Source: Felis catus (taxonomy: Eukaryota). Taken from it: DNA of 64,000 nucleotides. The position numbers and the translations under genes are program-made. This document shows positions 1-12,707 of this stretch, piece after piece (within the stretch, counting starts at the first letter, position 1; each line of letters starts with the position of its first letter). Location of the stretch: the NCBI RefSeq assembly GCF_018350175.1, contig NC_058377.1:16616001-16680000 (forward strand). Reading direction: 5' to 3'. The notes under the pieces are model-generated. The model was given only the letters and a program-made list of their open reading frames with translations, was not told the DNA's origin and searched no databases.

Positions 1-337
1 GTTTAATTATGTTGCAGTAACCCGCACCCCCTGCCCCCTTCATAGAACTCGGAGCTGGCTGCAGTTTTAGATTTATACGTGGGATTACTTAACTAACCTT
101 TCCTCTCCCTGACTGAAAGCTATCGTGAGGGCAAGGACCGGGACTCTTTACTCATCAACCCCCCCCCCCCCAGGGCCTGGTGCACGATTGGTAGTTGTTA
201 AATGCTGGTATTTGCCGAATGAACTGGGGTATTTCGGTCAGAGTCCAGCCTGCTCGCTCGCCGCTAAGTGTCACAGGTAGAAGGAGAGCTGAGCTTTGGA
301 AGGTATCAGACTTTTCCCCCTAAACCCCTTTCTGCAG

Positions 338-3300
338 AAGAAGAATTCTCCTGCTTGTGGCAGGAGTGTGGCTTTTGCTCTATGGACAGTTCTGCTGACC
401 TCATCCGCCACGTCTACTTCCACTGCTACCACACCAAGCTGAAGCAGTGGGGGCTGCAGGCTCTGCAGAGCCAGGCCGACCTCAGCCCCTGCATCCTGGA
501 CTTCCAGAGCCGCAACATCATCCCTGACATCCCTGACCACTTCCTGTGTCTGTGGGAGCACTGTGAGGTCAGCGGGCAGTGCTGGGCGTAGGGGTGGAAG
601 GAAGTTGGGGATCTTAGCTCAAGATGCCTTGACCCTCTCAGGGATGCCCTGCGTCTGCCAAGGTTCCTGCTACTATGTCATTTCATTTCCGGGTGGCCCC
701 CATGCTCAAACTTTCTCAGGCCCACCAAGTTAGTTTGAGAGAGCGCCAAGAAACCCCCTTTGGGCACGTCACGTCCCTCTAGCCACCGTCAGTTCTAACC
801 CCAAGTTGCCCCTGGCACAGAGTTCCTTCGACAACCCCGAGTGGTTCTATCGGCACGTGGAAGCACACAGCCTGTGCTGTGAATACCAAGCGGTCGGCAA
901 AGACAACCAGGTGGTGCTGTGTGGCTGGAAAGGTAGGGCCACTCCTTAACTTCTTGTCCTTAAAGAATCCCTGGGGGTGGTAAGGGGTTGGGGCGGCGGG
1001 GTATGGGACCAGTCCCCCAGGGTAAGGTCGGCTGCTGGCCGGAGACTTGATGTCAGAACTGCCTCTGGGCGTTTGAGCCTGACTGGGCTTTTCTTCCCAG
1101 GCTGTACCTGCACCTTCAAGGACTGCCGTAAGCTTCGAGAGCACCTCCGCAGCCACACCCAGGAGAAGGTGGTGGCCTGCCCCACCTGCGGGGGCATGTT
1201 TGCCAACAACACCAAGTTCTTAGATCACATCCGTCGCCAGACCGCGTTGGATCGTAAGCAATCAGAGAAGAAGGGGAGTGGGTGCAGGCCGTCCTTGCGG
1301 TGGGGGTAAGGGGCATGTTCCCGGGAGAGGGGGCCACCGAAGGCATCTGCAGCCTGGCTACATCTACCTCTAGGACTCAGTCACCTGCCACAGTGTGACA
1401 GGAGAGTCATTAGGGGCTCTTACTGTTCAGTGCTTACTGTGTGCCGCATCTCTTCCCAGTGAATCCTCGCAACCCCATGAGGTATGCTGCTCCTCCCCCT
1501 TTCTGCAGGTGAAGAAACCGAGGGCCAGGTTAACTCACTTACCTGAGGTCGCACAGCTAGTTAGGGGTCAAGCAGGGATTCTCATTCAGGTTCTCGACTG
1601 CAAGCGCCATGCTCTTTCCATGGTCTGTGTCCATCCCTGGTTCCTGAGCTCCCCCTTTCTTGGGTGGTTCTCCTCTCCCGGGCTTGCTCTCCTGTCTGTG
1701 CCTCTCCGCCATCCTCCGCAGCCCAGGCTCTCTTCTGCCTGCCCCACTGTAGAGCAACGCTTCCAGTGCTCTCACTGTTCCAAGAGATTTGCCACGGAGC
1801 GGCTGTTGCGGGACCATATGCGTAACCATGGTGAGCGGCCGGCGCCCCCAACCTCCTTGCCCACCCTCCAGGTATCCGCTGGGCCCCCGATCACAGCCTC
1901 CTCTCTGCTCCTCTCAGTGAATCACTATAAGTGTCCTCTGTGTGATATGACCTGCCCGCTGCCATCGTCCCTCCGAAACCACATGCGCTTTCGCCACAGC
2001 GAGGACCGGCCTTTTAAGTGTGACTGTTGTGAATACAGGTAAGGGGAACCAGGGGCCAGAAATCGGAGAACCCGAGGTCCAGGGTCCCCCGTGCCCTCCC
2101 ACCGCTCCTGACCTCTCCTGGCAGCTGCAAGAATCTGATTGACCTGCGGAAGCACCTGGACACCCATAGCAAGGAGCCAGCCTACAGGTGTGACTTCGAG
2201 AGCTGCGGCTTCAGCGCGCGATCCCTCTGCTCTATCAAGTCCCACTATCGAAAAGTGCATGAGGTGAGTTGGGCGGTCGGTGGGAGAGGGCAAGTGCAGG
2301 TGTGGGGGAGCCCAGGATGCAGAGCTGGCCTCACTCTCCCTCCCCTCCCCATCAGGGAGACTCAGAGCCGAGATACAAATGTCACGTATGTGACAAATGC
2401 TTCACGAGGGGCAACAACCTCACCGTGCACCTTCGAGAGAAGCACCAGTTCAAGTGGCCCTCAGGGCACCCCCGTTTTCGGTATGTCTCTGAACCCTGCC
2501 CCGTAGGTTCGCAGACCTTCCCCTCTACCCCCCGATACCTTTTCAACAAGTTAACCTTGAATTTGAGGGTAATTGGATGTCCACCGTCTCCACTGAGGTT
2601 CGGGGAACCCTGAGAATCAGTGGTGGAGCAAAGATGAGTTTTGTGACCTTTGAATGGAAGGCACAGTGCCAAAGCCCTACAGCCAGAACCGGAGCCTAAG
2701 GGCCCTCATCCGTAGCCCCAAGGCCATCTCCTGAATCCTGTGACACTCCCACCCTCCAACACAGATCATTTCTTTTTCCCCCTCTGCACCCCCTCCCTCC
2801 CTCCCTCCCTCCCTCCCTCCCTCCCTCCCTCCCTCTCAAGTTTCTACATCAAATTTTCCATTTCGAGTAATGCTCCCTCCCTCTTGTCATTTCTTCTGCA
2901 TATTCCAATAAAGACCCCTCTTGGTCTCCAACTCCTATCACTTAACATCCCAGGGCTTCTCCCATCCCTCGTGTTTGTCCCGTAGCTTGCCGGTCTCTGG
3001 ACATTTCTGCGTCCCCCTGCGCATGTTTGCTGCCCCCCATGCTCCCGCTTCCCCAGGTACAAGGAGCATGAAGATGGCTACATGCGGCTGCAGCTGGTTC
3101 GCTATGAGAGTGTGGAGCTGACACAGCAGCTGCTGCGGCAGCCGCAGGACGGATTGGACCCGGGAGCATCGCTGAGTGAGAGCAGCCTGCAGGGCATCAT
3201 TCTCGAAGCAGTGCCAGGGGAGCCGGGACCCCAGGAAGAGGCCGAAGAGGAAGAGGAGGGTGGGAGCGGTGACGGCACGGCCCTCTCAGCCTCTCAGGAC

Positions 3301-3480
3301 ACTCCCAGCCCCGTCATCCATGTGGTGAACCAGACCAACGCCCAGGGCGAGCAAGAGGTTGTCTACTATGTGCTGTCCGAGGCCCCGGGAGAGCCCCCCC
3401 CAGCCCCCGAGCCCCCCTCAGGGAAGGTCATGGAAAAGCTTCAGGGAATAGCTGAGGAGCCACAAGTCCAGATGGTGTGA
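338..3480 (+). CDS. HINFP: Histone H4 transcription factor (C2H2 zinc-finger protein), 5'-partial; coding exons 338-567, 821-932, 1101-1253, 1753-1830, 1918-2038, 2125-2263, 2356-2480, 3057-3480
   Basis: The spliced translation gives tandem C2H2 fingers ([53 protein letters not shown]), [28 protein letters not shown] and the C-terminus EEPQVQMV*. All introns are GT-AG with consistent phases. The start exon lies upstream of the window. Confidence 0.97.
2790..2833. repeat. (CCCT)n microsatellite in the last HINFP intron
   Basis: Direct tetranucleotide repeat. Confidence 0.9.
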
Positions 3481-4003
3481 GGGCTGCAGAGCCTGACCAT
3501 TCCTACCCCAGACCCTGGCGTGTGAGCCAGGCTGGTGGCAGTGGCCCTAGTGGGCAGCCCCTGCCAACGGATGCCTTTAAGGGTGGTGCCAAGAGCTCTG
3601 TGGTGCACTCTGGACCCGGCTTGCGTCATTCAGCGGATCCAAAGGACTTCCTTTTCTGCCAGACGGCGCTTTGTGGGGACCTGAGAAGTTTGGGTTCCTT
3701 GAGGGGGATGCGCTGGTTGTGTGTGTCCTTGTAGAGGGGCTGGTATCAGGCTTACCCATAACCCCCTAGTCACTCTGAAACAGTGAGTAAAAGCCCCCGT
3801 CAACTCGCACCCATTCCCGTCCTTAGGTCCAGGGGTGACACATAACCGGTTCCTGCGAGGGCCTTTTCCTTACAACCAGCCAAGGCAGCATGAACCAGGC
3901 AGCCATCTCCCTCTAAAGGGCTCCTGCGATCGCAAGGACTTTCATGGTTACCCTCAGGGATGGGATTGGAGGCACTGAGTGTGTGTGTAACGGTTGTTTT
4001 GGT

Positions 4004-4009
4004 AATAAA
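4004..4009 (+). terminator. Poly(A) signal of HINFP (AATAAA)
   Basis: First AATAAA after the stop codon, about 520 nt downstream, followed by U-rich sequence. Confidence 0.7.
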
Positions 4010-5950
4010 AGAAACACGGGCTCTTACTCATGTCTTCCTTATGCTTGGTGGCTCTCAACCAGATAGGAGATGCAGCTGCCCAGAAGAGGAGTTGACTCAT
4101 TAGGCTTGTTCTCCTTTTAGTGACTGGGGTTTGTTTTTGTTTGTATCTTTACTCTTGCTCCCCTCTCCCTCCCCCCTTGGTGAAACTTCTCCATTTCTTC
4201 TCAGAGCATCTGCTGTCTCCATGGAGGTCTCAGGCGTAGGCTGTGAGCGGGCAGTAGTAACACTCCCTCTAGAATGCACGATCGGCTGGGAGACAGGAAG
4301 GTAGGGCACCTGGCCACGGCCATCCCGTCTGAGTCCTGGTTAGAATCCAGTGTCTCTGGGGCAGGGTCTCTACCTGTGGGGCTGAGGAGGAAGCTGGGAC
4401 GGGTGGTGGATTTGGAGGCCCTGGGGAATGGCAGGTACTGTAGGTTTAAAGACCAGGTTAGAAAATTGTGTCTGAATGTACAGTTTCCTGGGGAAAGGGT
4501 CTGTTTTTCACTAGATTCTCAAAGAGGTTGAAACCCTCCAAAAAGAAGAACCATTTCGCTTGGCCTGTCTAGCCACTTCTCGGCACCCTGTGTCCATTCT
4601 TGGGGTCGCTGCCACTCTCGAGGTCAAGGGAATACTCTCAGGGGTATTTGTGGGCAGAAAGCTGCCCACAAAGGATTTCTGCACCTTTTTGAGAGGACCG
4701 AACTTCACTCTTACCGCAAAAACAGCATGTGCCTGTTGCAGGAAGTATTTAGGAAAGAACAAGCCTTTCATTAATTCCAGCCGCCGTTTACCGAGTTCCT
4801 TCTATAGTCCGGGCGCCGTGGCAGGTGGTAAAGATACAGTAAATGATGAGAAAAACCCAGAGATGAGTGAAACTCTCTGCCCTGAAGAGACTTGGAGTAC
4901 AGAGACAAGACCAAAGTAAGTGGAGGGTTGGAAGCCTACCAGAGTTCACTGAGGAGGCTCAGAGGAGGAGGAGACCGCGTTACGTGGGCGAGGGATCAGG
5001 AGAGGCTTCATCAAGGAAGTGATTAGAGCTACAAGGTACAAAGAGGTGGACACATTGTTCCAGGTAGAGGAAACCAGGTCTCTACACCTGAAGGAGGACT
5101 CCGTGGCCTGCAGCACAGGGCAGTACGCCACGGGGAGAGACGAGACCAGGAAGGAAGGCCGGGCCACCCAAAAGGATCCACGTGAGGTTTTAGGATGGTG
5201 ATTCTGCCAGTGATGAGGAATACAGATTGGAACAGTGAGAAGTTAGGGGGCTGCTGGGAAGAATTCAGGCAAGAAACAATGAGGGCTTTGAGGTTATGCC
5301 CATGTGGATGTTCACGTTGCCTCTACGAGAGCACCTTCGAGGAAATGGCAGTGTGGAGAAGAGAGGAAATGTGAATGAAAAATGCGCTCGAGCAAGGCCA
5401 TCTCATTCCCAGGCTCACTCTAGGGTCTTGTACTGATTTTGCCACCCACGCCCTGTCCTTCCCCTAAACAAGTATAATCCACTAACCCCAGCAGGCCTTC
5501 AGCTCGTCGAAGACAAGCGAGGCTTCTTTGGGCTAAGTACCCTCAGTTTCTTCTATATCTTCTCATGTCACGTAATTTGGGGCCCCTTCCACCCCACCTC
5601 CTCTGGGTCTGTGTTTTTGGTGGTTACACATTGTGAAGCCACTGCCCTCTAGAACCCCTGTCTACATACTTTGTGCTGCCCAAACCATGCTCCTTTACTT
5701 GCGAGGTATGCACTTGTTACCTTGGTCTTAACAGCAGGCCCTCCTGTTTGTCCTTATTAAATTTTGTCTTGTGAGATTGGCACCTGTCCCCAAGAGGTGG
5801 ATTAAAAGGTTGAATAAAACAGGGCCAAAGACAAACCCCGAAGGCGAGTCCTTAGAGACCTTTCTCCTAACCATGACCAGATGAAGACTTTAAAGACTCC
5901 AAACCTTGAAAACACACGGTGGTGCCCCACTTTCCATATACGATTCAAAT

Positions 5951-6156
5951 ACAGTGGATCCTTGAACAATGCGGGGGGTGGGGGCGCCGACTCCCCCCAC
6001 GTAATTGAAAATCCATGTGTAACTTTTGACTCCCCTAAAACTTAACTGGCGATAGCCTGCCGTTAGCCAGAAGCCTCATCAATAACGTAAGAAGTTGATT
6101 AACACATGTTTTGTATATGTATTATATGCTGTGTATTCTTACAATAAAATAAGCTA
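5951..6156 (+). mobile_element. TcMar-Tigger (Tigger2-like) MITE fragment
   Basis: Begins ta|cagtggatccttgaacaa..gaaaatcc..taacttttgactcccc, matching my recall of the Tigger2-type terminal sequence; cut off at the following SINE. Confidence 0.6.
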
Positions 6157-6163
6157 ACAAAAA

Positions 6164-6371
6164 ATTTTTTTAAACGTTTTTATTTTCGAGACAGAGAGAG
6201 ACAGAGCATGAGCAGGGGAGGGGCAGAGCGAGACGGAGACAAAGAATCCAAAGCGGGCTCCAGGCTCCGAGCTGTCAGCACAGAGCTGACGCGGGGCTCG
6301 AACTCAGGGAGTGTGAGATCATGACCTGAGCTGAAGTCAGATGCTTAACGACTGAGCCACCCAGGCGCCCC
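6164..6371 (-). mobile_element. Can-SINE (SINEC)
   Basis: Reverse-complement tRNA-derived head (..gagccacccaggcgcccc), (GA)n and poly-T tail. Confidence 0.9.
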
Positions 6372-7673
6372 CTTACTGGTGCTCTAAGCAGTGGCTCAGG
6401 CTGCCCCCTCCAGCATCCCTGATGCCGTCCTTTCCTCAGTTGAGCAGTGTCTTGAGGATCAAGCCAATCCCTTATGTAAAGTACCTCCCTTACCAGTCTT
6501 GACTGTTACACCCACACCAGATCTCATGCTCTGTACCATGGGGACAGCGGAAGAGGTTCTGGCTTGCTACCTCATGAATCCAGTTCTTTGGGGGAAGGGG
6601 ATTCTGGGCTCAGCATGCATAGGTTAGAAAGCAGCGGAGCTAGCGTGAGGGGTTATTGAATCGAAGCAACTAGAGGCCTATGGAAGGATATCAGAGGCTG
6701 GGGCTGGGTCAGCTCAGGACTTTGGAGGTAGGGCGATGACACTGCTAATTTGATTACCTTAGGGTTTCATCCAGAGTCAGCCCATACGTCAGACATCATG
6801 GTGTCTGAAGATTAAGGAGACAACCTACCTTACTGTCCCTTAAAGAGTGGGGGTACAAAGAGAAGGCAGGCGGCCCAGGAGTGTGGAAGCGAATGCTTCT
6901 TTTCTCTTACTTGGGGCAAGTCCACAGTCTCAGAGAAGAGCACAGGAGAGCTGACTAAGGTATAGAAGAGAAATGATTCCCTAAGATGAGGAGAGGGAGG
7001 AATGGTCATGGGGAATCAGGTCATTTCCGTAAGGTTACGACCTATCGAATATAGGTAGGTATAGTGAATGGTAGATGAATGGATGAATTTTGCTCAAGGG
7101 CAGGAATCCCATGATGCACTTCAGGAATAAGGAGCACAGCCGTCCTGTTCAACAGCAGGAGTTGAGGCTGAGAGGCAAGGTTGGTGGATGCTGGCAACTC
7201 TTCACGCTTAATAGCTTGCATTTCTTGACCGGGCAAGGAATGGAGAGGACAAGTAGATAAATGACACTTGGGGAAGGAATGGAGACACCCCTTTTGAGCA
7301 AGGGAAGGAGGGATGAATGGGAGGGGTGAGAAAGCTTTCACATCTGGTTGTCTCTATTTCCTTGAGGAACTAGGAATTAAAGTTTTGAGGAGAGTGATAA
7401 GAATCGCCATTAAAGGATCAAAGAGTGAGATCAGCTGATGGTCGAAGGCCAAGATCAGGCACTGGCAAATTCACCACAACCAGGTACTTTTTTGTAGCAG
7501 ATACCAGCACCCCTGGAGCAAAAGCAGAAGACAGACCGCTGGGTTGACCCACAGCCAGGACGTGGATGGCGTCGGGCCAAGGAACAGGGTAATTAGAGCA
7601 GCTGGAGAAGACTGGACAGGGAGCCCCTGAGAGACCAGAAGGTAGTGGTTAGGATCAAAGCACTGGAGGTTCA

Positions 7674-7785
7674 GGGCACCTGGCTGGCTCAGTCGATAAA
7701 GCATGCAACTCTTGATCTCAGGGTCATGAGTTCAAGCCCCATGTTGGGCATAGAGCTTACTTAAAAAAAAAAAAAGCCAAAAAAC
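7674..7785 (+). mobile_element. Short tRNA-derived carnivore SINE (SINEC_old-like)
   Basis: gggcacctggctggctcagtc..gagttcaagcccc..poly-A, with imperfect target-site duplication caaagcactggaggttc / caaagcattagaggttc. Confidence 0.8.
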
Positions 7786-7916
7786 AAAGCATTAGAGGTT
7801 CCGATGAGGCTTCTGAAGATTAGAGGGCAGAGGGGAATGCTTGTGGTCAGAAAGGGGACATTTTTAAATGGAACTATTCAGAGTCCACAGTACATCTAAA
7901 AGAAGTAGGCTGCTGT

Positions 7917-8155
7917 GAGGCGCCTGGGTAGCTCAGTTGGTTGGGCGACCGACTTCGGCTCAGGTCATGATCTTGCAGTTTGTGAGTTCGAGCCCCGCGT
8001 CGGGCTCTGTGCTGACAGCTCGGAGCCTGGAGCCTGCTTCGGATTCTGTGTCTCCCCCCTCTCTCTATCCCTCCCCTGCTCACACTCTGTGTCTCTCTGT
8101 CTCTCAATAATAAATAAACGTAGAAAGAAAGAAAGAAAGCAAGCAAGCAAGCAAG
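7917..8155 (+). mobile_element. Can-SINE with (GAAA)n(GCAA)n tail
   Basis: A/B-box head, (CT)n region, AATAAA-containing tail. Confidence 0.9.
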
Positions 8156-8539
8156 CTGCAGAGTGGAGACATGTCACAGGAGTGGAAGAGTCCAAAGGAA
8201 ACACCTACCTGCAGAGGCCTTTGTGCCCCCTCCAGCGGAGTGGGTCCTGTCTCACAAGGGGAACCGACGCCAGAGAACCACTAGGTGATACCCGCTCAAG
8301 GCTGGTTCCATGCAAAGGACACACATAACCAAGAGGTGTGGTGGAGGTTCAAGTTGTAAGGGAAGAAACAAGCTGAGACTAAGAGGAGGGGGGTGTGTGG
8401 GATCAGAAGGAAAAAGAGAGACTCTTGGGTAGTGACCCTTGACATTTTGCAGCTTTGGAGGTCCCCTCATTTTCTTCTTAGCAAAAGGGAGTGGTACAAC
8501 ATAGCAGGGGAGAGATGGAGAGGTATGTGTTACACTTTA

Positions 8540-8967
8540 AAAAAAATATTTACTTTTGAGACCGAAAGCGAGGGGGCATGCAGAGAGAGAGGGGGACAGA
8601 GGATCTGGAGTGGGCTCCATGCCGATAGGCGAGAGCCGAGAGCCGAGAGCCTGACGCAGGGATCGGGGCTTGAACGATGCGGGTCTCAAGGGGTCTTGGG
8701 GCTTGAACTCTGAGACCATGACCTGAGCCAGTCTGACCCCTTACTTACTACACTTTTTTTTTTTAAGTTTATTTATTTATTTTGAGAGAGAGAGAGAAGC
8801 AGAGCACGTGAATGGGGGCGAGGCAGAGAAAGAGGGAGGGAGAGAGAACCCCAAGCAGGCCCATGCTGTCAGTGCAGAGCCCCACACGGGGCTTGAACTC
8901 AGGACTGGTACGATCCTGACCTGATCGGAAGTCAGACGCTTAGCCAACTCAGCCACGCAAGTCCCCC
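8540..8967 (-). mobile_element. Two adjacent degenerate Can-SINEs (about 8540-8735 and 8753-8967)
   Basis: Reverse-complement SINEC motifs (cttgaactc, catgacctgagc, GA-rich region, poly-T). Confidence 0.75.
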
Positions 8968-9742
8968 TGTATTTTTATAATTTTAAAAGAATAAAGATCT
9001 TTTAGAAAGCAACAGCAGGGGCTCTGCCTAGCAGGTACCCCCCTTCACCGTCCAGATTCGAGCCTACGCCCATCTTTGCTTCCTGCCTTGGGTAGGGGAG
9101 GGCTCGGGTCGGCCTCCCTCTTAATCCACCCCTCATTCCCAGTCCTGAGCTGCATTTCCCCCAGTGGCCAGCAGAGGGTCCTTCTATTGATAAATACATT
9201 TTAAAACCATTCTTGCCGAAGACGAGAGACTAGTGCCGTGGGCAAAGGAGGCCCGCGGATGAGTGGCCTGGGGTGGTGGGAACAGAACTGAGTTGGTTCC
9301 AGAGTCCCCAGTCCAGTTCCTCCCCCGGTCCCATAGGACACTGCTACCCCCCTTTTGCCATAGGTGCATAAAGCTCCTTACCAACTGCTTCTCCCACAAA
9401 TCCCTGCCCAGAGCACCCGTCTGCTAGATTAACTCCTGGCACTAAGCTGAGACAGGAGTTTTCTGCTTCTGCCTTGTGCCTCGTAAGCCAATTATCATCA
9501 ACCCTTACCTTTCTGGGTCTAAGGAGCCTGCCCTGTTTGGAGGCTCCCTCTTGGGAAGGGGGGAAGGGTCTGGGATGGGAATTGGGGAGGTCTCAGAGAA
9601 AGAAAAGGATCAGTCTCAGGGAAGGGAGGAGGACTATTTGGGGAAGAGGGAGCAGGTCCACTCTGAGGGAAAGTCCTTGGTAGGTGATAGGGGGATTGTT
9701 CTGGGAATGATGAGGTCGGGAGTGAGGAATGAAGGGTCTCTT

Positions 9743-9905
9743 GAGCAATGGTTCTCAAAGTGTGGTCTCTAGACTAGCAGTATCAGCATCACCTAGGGAT
9801 TTATTAGAGATACCAATTCCCTGGCCCCACTGCGGATGCTGAGTCAGAAAGTCTGGGGGTAGGGCTAACAATTTGTTTTAACAAGCCCGCCAGATGACTC
9901 TGACA
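9743..9905. mobile_element. MER5A-like hAT-Charlie MITE
   Basis: gcaatggttctcaaagtgtggtc..cagcatcaccta..ttttaacaagccc..gatgactctga, resembling my recall of the MER5A consensus. Confidence 0.7.
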
Positions 9906-11290
9906 TGGATCCCTGGAGCCATCACATCAACTCATACTTGTGCTTGACGTTTCTGAGCGTCAGTTTCCTTATCTGAAACACGGGAGGATAATATTGACCT
10001 CATAAAATTGTCATGCGGACTGGTTAGACCATTCAGGCAGCTGATAGCTATTGAGTACTTTCTGTGTCCAAGTTCTAGGAATCCAGGGGAGAAAGATACA
10101 GACCTAGCTCTTTTCAGAGGTCACGTGGTTATGCCAGGTGCCTAGCACATAGTAGGCATTCAATAAATGTAGTTTCCCTCCTTTGCCAAGAAAATGGGAG
10201 CTTCTTCTGGGGGAAATAAAATGAACCATGGTAAGTCTGGCCTGGAGAGTAAGGATGTACGATCCATTCTTGAGAATAAACACCAAGGTCTTGGACACTT
10301 GAACCTCATGAGACTCTTTTGAGGCCGATCTGCGGGAATTTTTATCATCTCTATTTCATGGATGAAGCTCAGAGAAGTGGAGAAAGTTGCTTAAGAACAC
10401 AGAATGAATCAAAGCATCAAAATCAGAAAGCAGATAACTGACTCCAGATTCAGGACATGGAAGATGTGTTCACAACATGGGGAGAGGGTGCCCTAGAGAA
10501 TGGGAAGGTCTGTGCTAGGGAGGAGGGAGGACTTTCATGGGTCCATGGCATGTGTTCAAACCCAGGGGATGGAAGGTTCAATTAGGGCAGGGGCTCTCGA
10601 CTTCTACCCAGTGGGGTCCACCGGGGAGCTTTTTAAAAACACTAAGAGCTGAGTCCTGAGATCAGGACTAACTGGTTTGCGGTACTATCTAGACATATTT
10701 TCTAGACATCCCCCAAGTGATGTTTAACTCGTAGCCAAGGCTGAGGACCACGGCTCTGGGGCATGGGGTGTAAATCCTATGGTGTGGAAAGCTGATGGAA
10801 CACTTGGAAATGTTGGTCTCTGAAGCTGGGAAAGCCTGTCCCGAGGAAAGGGGGACACTGTGTTCCTAAGAAAGGGGAGAACATTTTCCTGAGAATTGGA
10901 AAGTTGTACGCCAGGGAAAGGAGGGGGTGTCATTAAGATGTGGTTATCTTGGGAGAATGGAAGAGCCTGTCTAGGAAACAGGAGGGAGGGAGGGAGTCCA
11001 TTTGAGAATAGGGTTCTGAGAGGCCCCATAGCAGGTGGGTAAAAGCAAAAACTTCAGGATTCAAGCCCTGTTCTGCTGCTGACTAGATGTGTCCTCTTGG
11101 GCACATTGCTNNNNNNNNNNNNNNNNNNNNNNNNNNNNNNNNNNNNNNNNNNNNNNNNNNNNNNNNNNNNNNNNNNNNNNNNNNNNNNNNNNNNNNNNNN
11201 NNNNNNNNNNNNNNNNNNNNNNNNNNNNNNNNNNNNNNNNNNNNNNNNNNNNNNNNNNNNNNNNNNNNNNNNNNNNNNNNNNNNNNNNNN

Positions 11291-11660
11291 TTAAAATTTA
11301 CATCCAAGTAAGTTAACATATAGTGCAATAATGATTTCAGGAGTAGAATCCAGTGATTCATCCCATATGTGTAACACCCAGTGCTCATCCCAACAAGTGT
11401 CCTCCTTAATGCCTCTTGCCCAATTAGCCCTTCCCCCCCACTCAAAACCCCTTCAGCAACCTCAGTTTGTTCTCTGTATTTAAGAGTCTCTTATGGTTTA
11501 TCCCCCTCCTTGTTTTTATATTATTTTTGCTTCCCTTCCCTTATGCTCGTCTGTTTTGTATCTTAAATTCCACATGTGAGTGAAGTCATATGATATTTGT
11601 CTTTCTCTGACTAACTTCGCTTATTATAATACACTCCAGTTCCAACCACGTTGTCGCATG
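11291..11660 (-). mobile_element. Carnivore L1 3'-end fragment
   Basis: Typical L1 3'UTR/ORF2-end sequence (caaccctcagtttgttctctg-like, gatatttgtctttctctgac); homologous to 62875-63765. Confidence 0.8.
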
Positions 11661-12662
11661 TTTCTTTATTTCTAAAGAGAGGTTGTAATGCCTGCCGCAT
11701 GAGGATATTGTGAGAATGAAGTCAGATAACGCCAGGTCCATAATGATCGCTCAATGAATGCAACCATTGGAGACGGGGAGTCTATACTAGAGCATTGGAG
11801 TTAACTTGGAGAACGGAGGGTCCATCGGGAGAAGGAGAACGTTGGTCCTGAGGAACGGCGGTGATGTAGGGCATGGGGTGGGGGGGAAGGTAAGGAGGGC
11901 TGGATCCGGAACCCATTGAACCTTACAGTTACAGGGTGGAGCCTGGTGATGTCTTGAAGAGGCTGCCAGCCTCGGGGCGCTCATGCGCTGGAGAGGCTGG
12001 AGGAGGGGCTGATGAGCAGGGGAGAGGTTTGACTGCTAGTAACCTCTCAACTGCTGCAGTAAGAAGGTGGCTGCAGCACCAGCAGCCTCCCCTCCCATCT
12101 GTCTTTGCCCTGTGACAGGTGGGAACTTAAAAGCTCAGGTCACACGTCTCAACTGGCTAACCTACTTACCCCTAGAAGACTGGGTCTGGGGCAAGCAGGG
12201 ACCAAGAGGAGCAAGAGTAAGGAGCAAAGCAGGGGAAAGCCCCAGAGTGTTCTGGAGACCTGCATTTGAAGGCTTGTGGGGTGAGGGAGAGAACGCACAT
12301 GTGTGCTAGGAGATGCGGAAGGCCGTGTCTGTGAGCCCTGTACATGCCCTGGCGAATATGTGCTTGTGTATAAGGCTTGTGCCCGTCTTAAAGGCCTGAA
12401 TTTGCCGGGGAGAATAAAGATATCTGAAGCAGGTTGAGCTCTAAGTACCACCTTAACCTTGGAGCTCCTTTCAAGCTCTCCCAAGGCATCCACTCTCCTT
12501 CCCTTCTTAACTAGTTTCCTCCAGCTTAGAGAGGGAAAGTGGGGGTGGTGTGGGGAAAGGGGAGGAGGATATCCCAAGACTAGCTTTCAAAGCCTTTTAT
12601 CTAGTTTGGGGAATCCCTGGGGGAAGCCTGAGCTCAAGGGCCAGAACCGAGGGAAACTGATG

Positions 12663-12707
12663 GCGTATGTGTGTGTGTGTGTGTGTGTGTGCGTGCGTGC
12701 GCGCGCA
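12663..12707. repeat. (TG)n/(CG)n alternating purine-pyrimidine tract
   Basis: 45 bp of uninterrupted purine-pyrimidine alternation. Confidence 0.9.

Noticed and set aside
7674-7750. tRNA gene
   Set aside because: This is a tRNA-derived SINE head with a poly-A tail and target-site duplication, not a functional tRNA.
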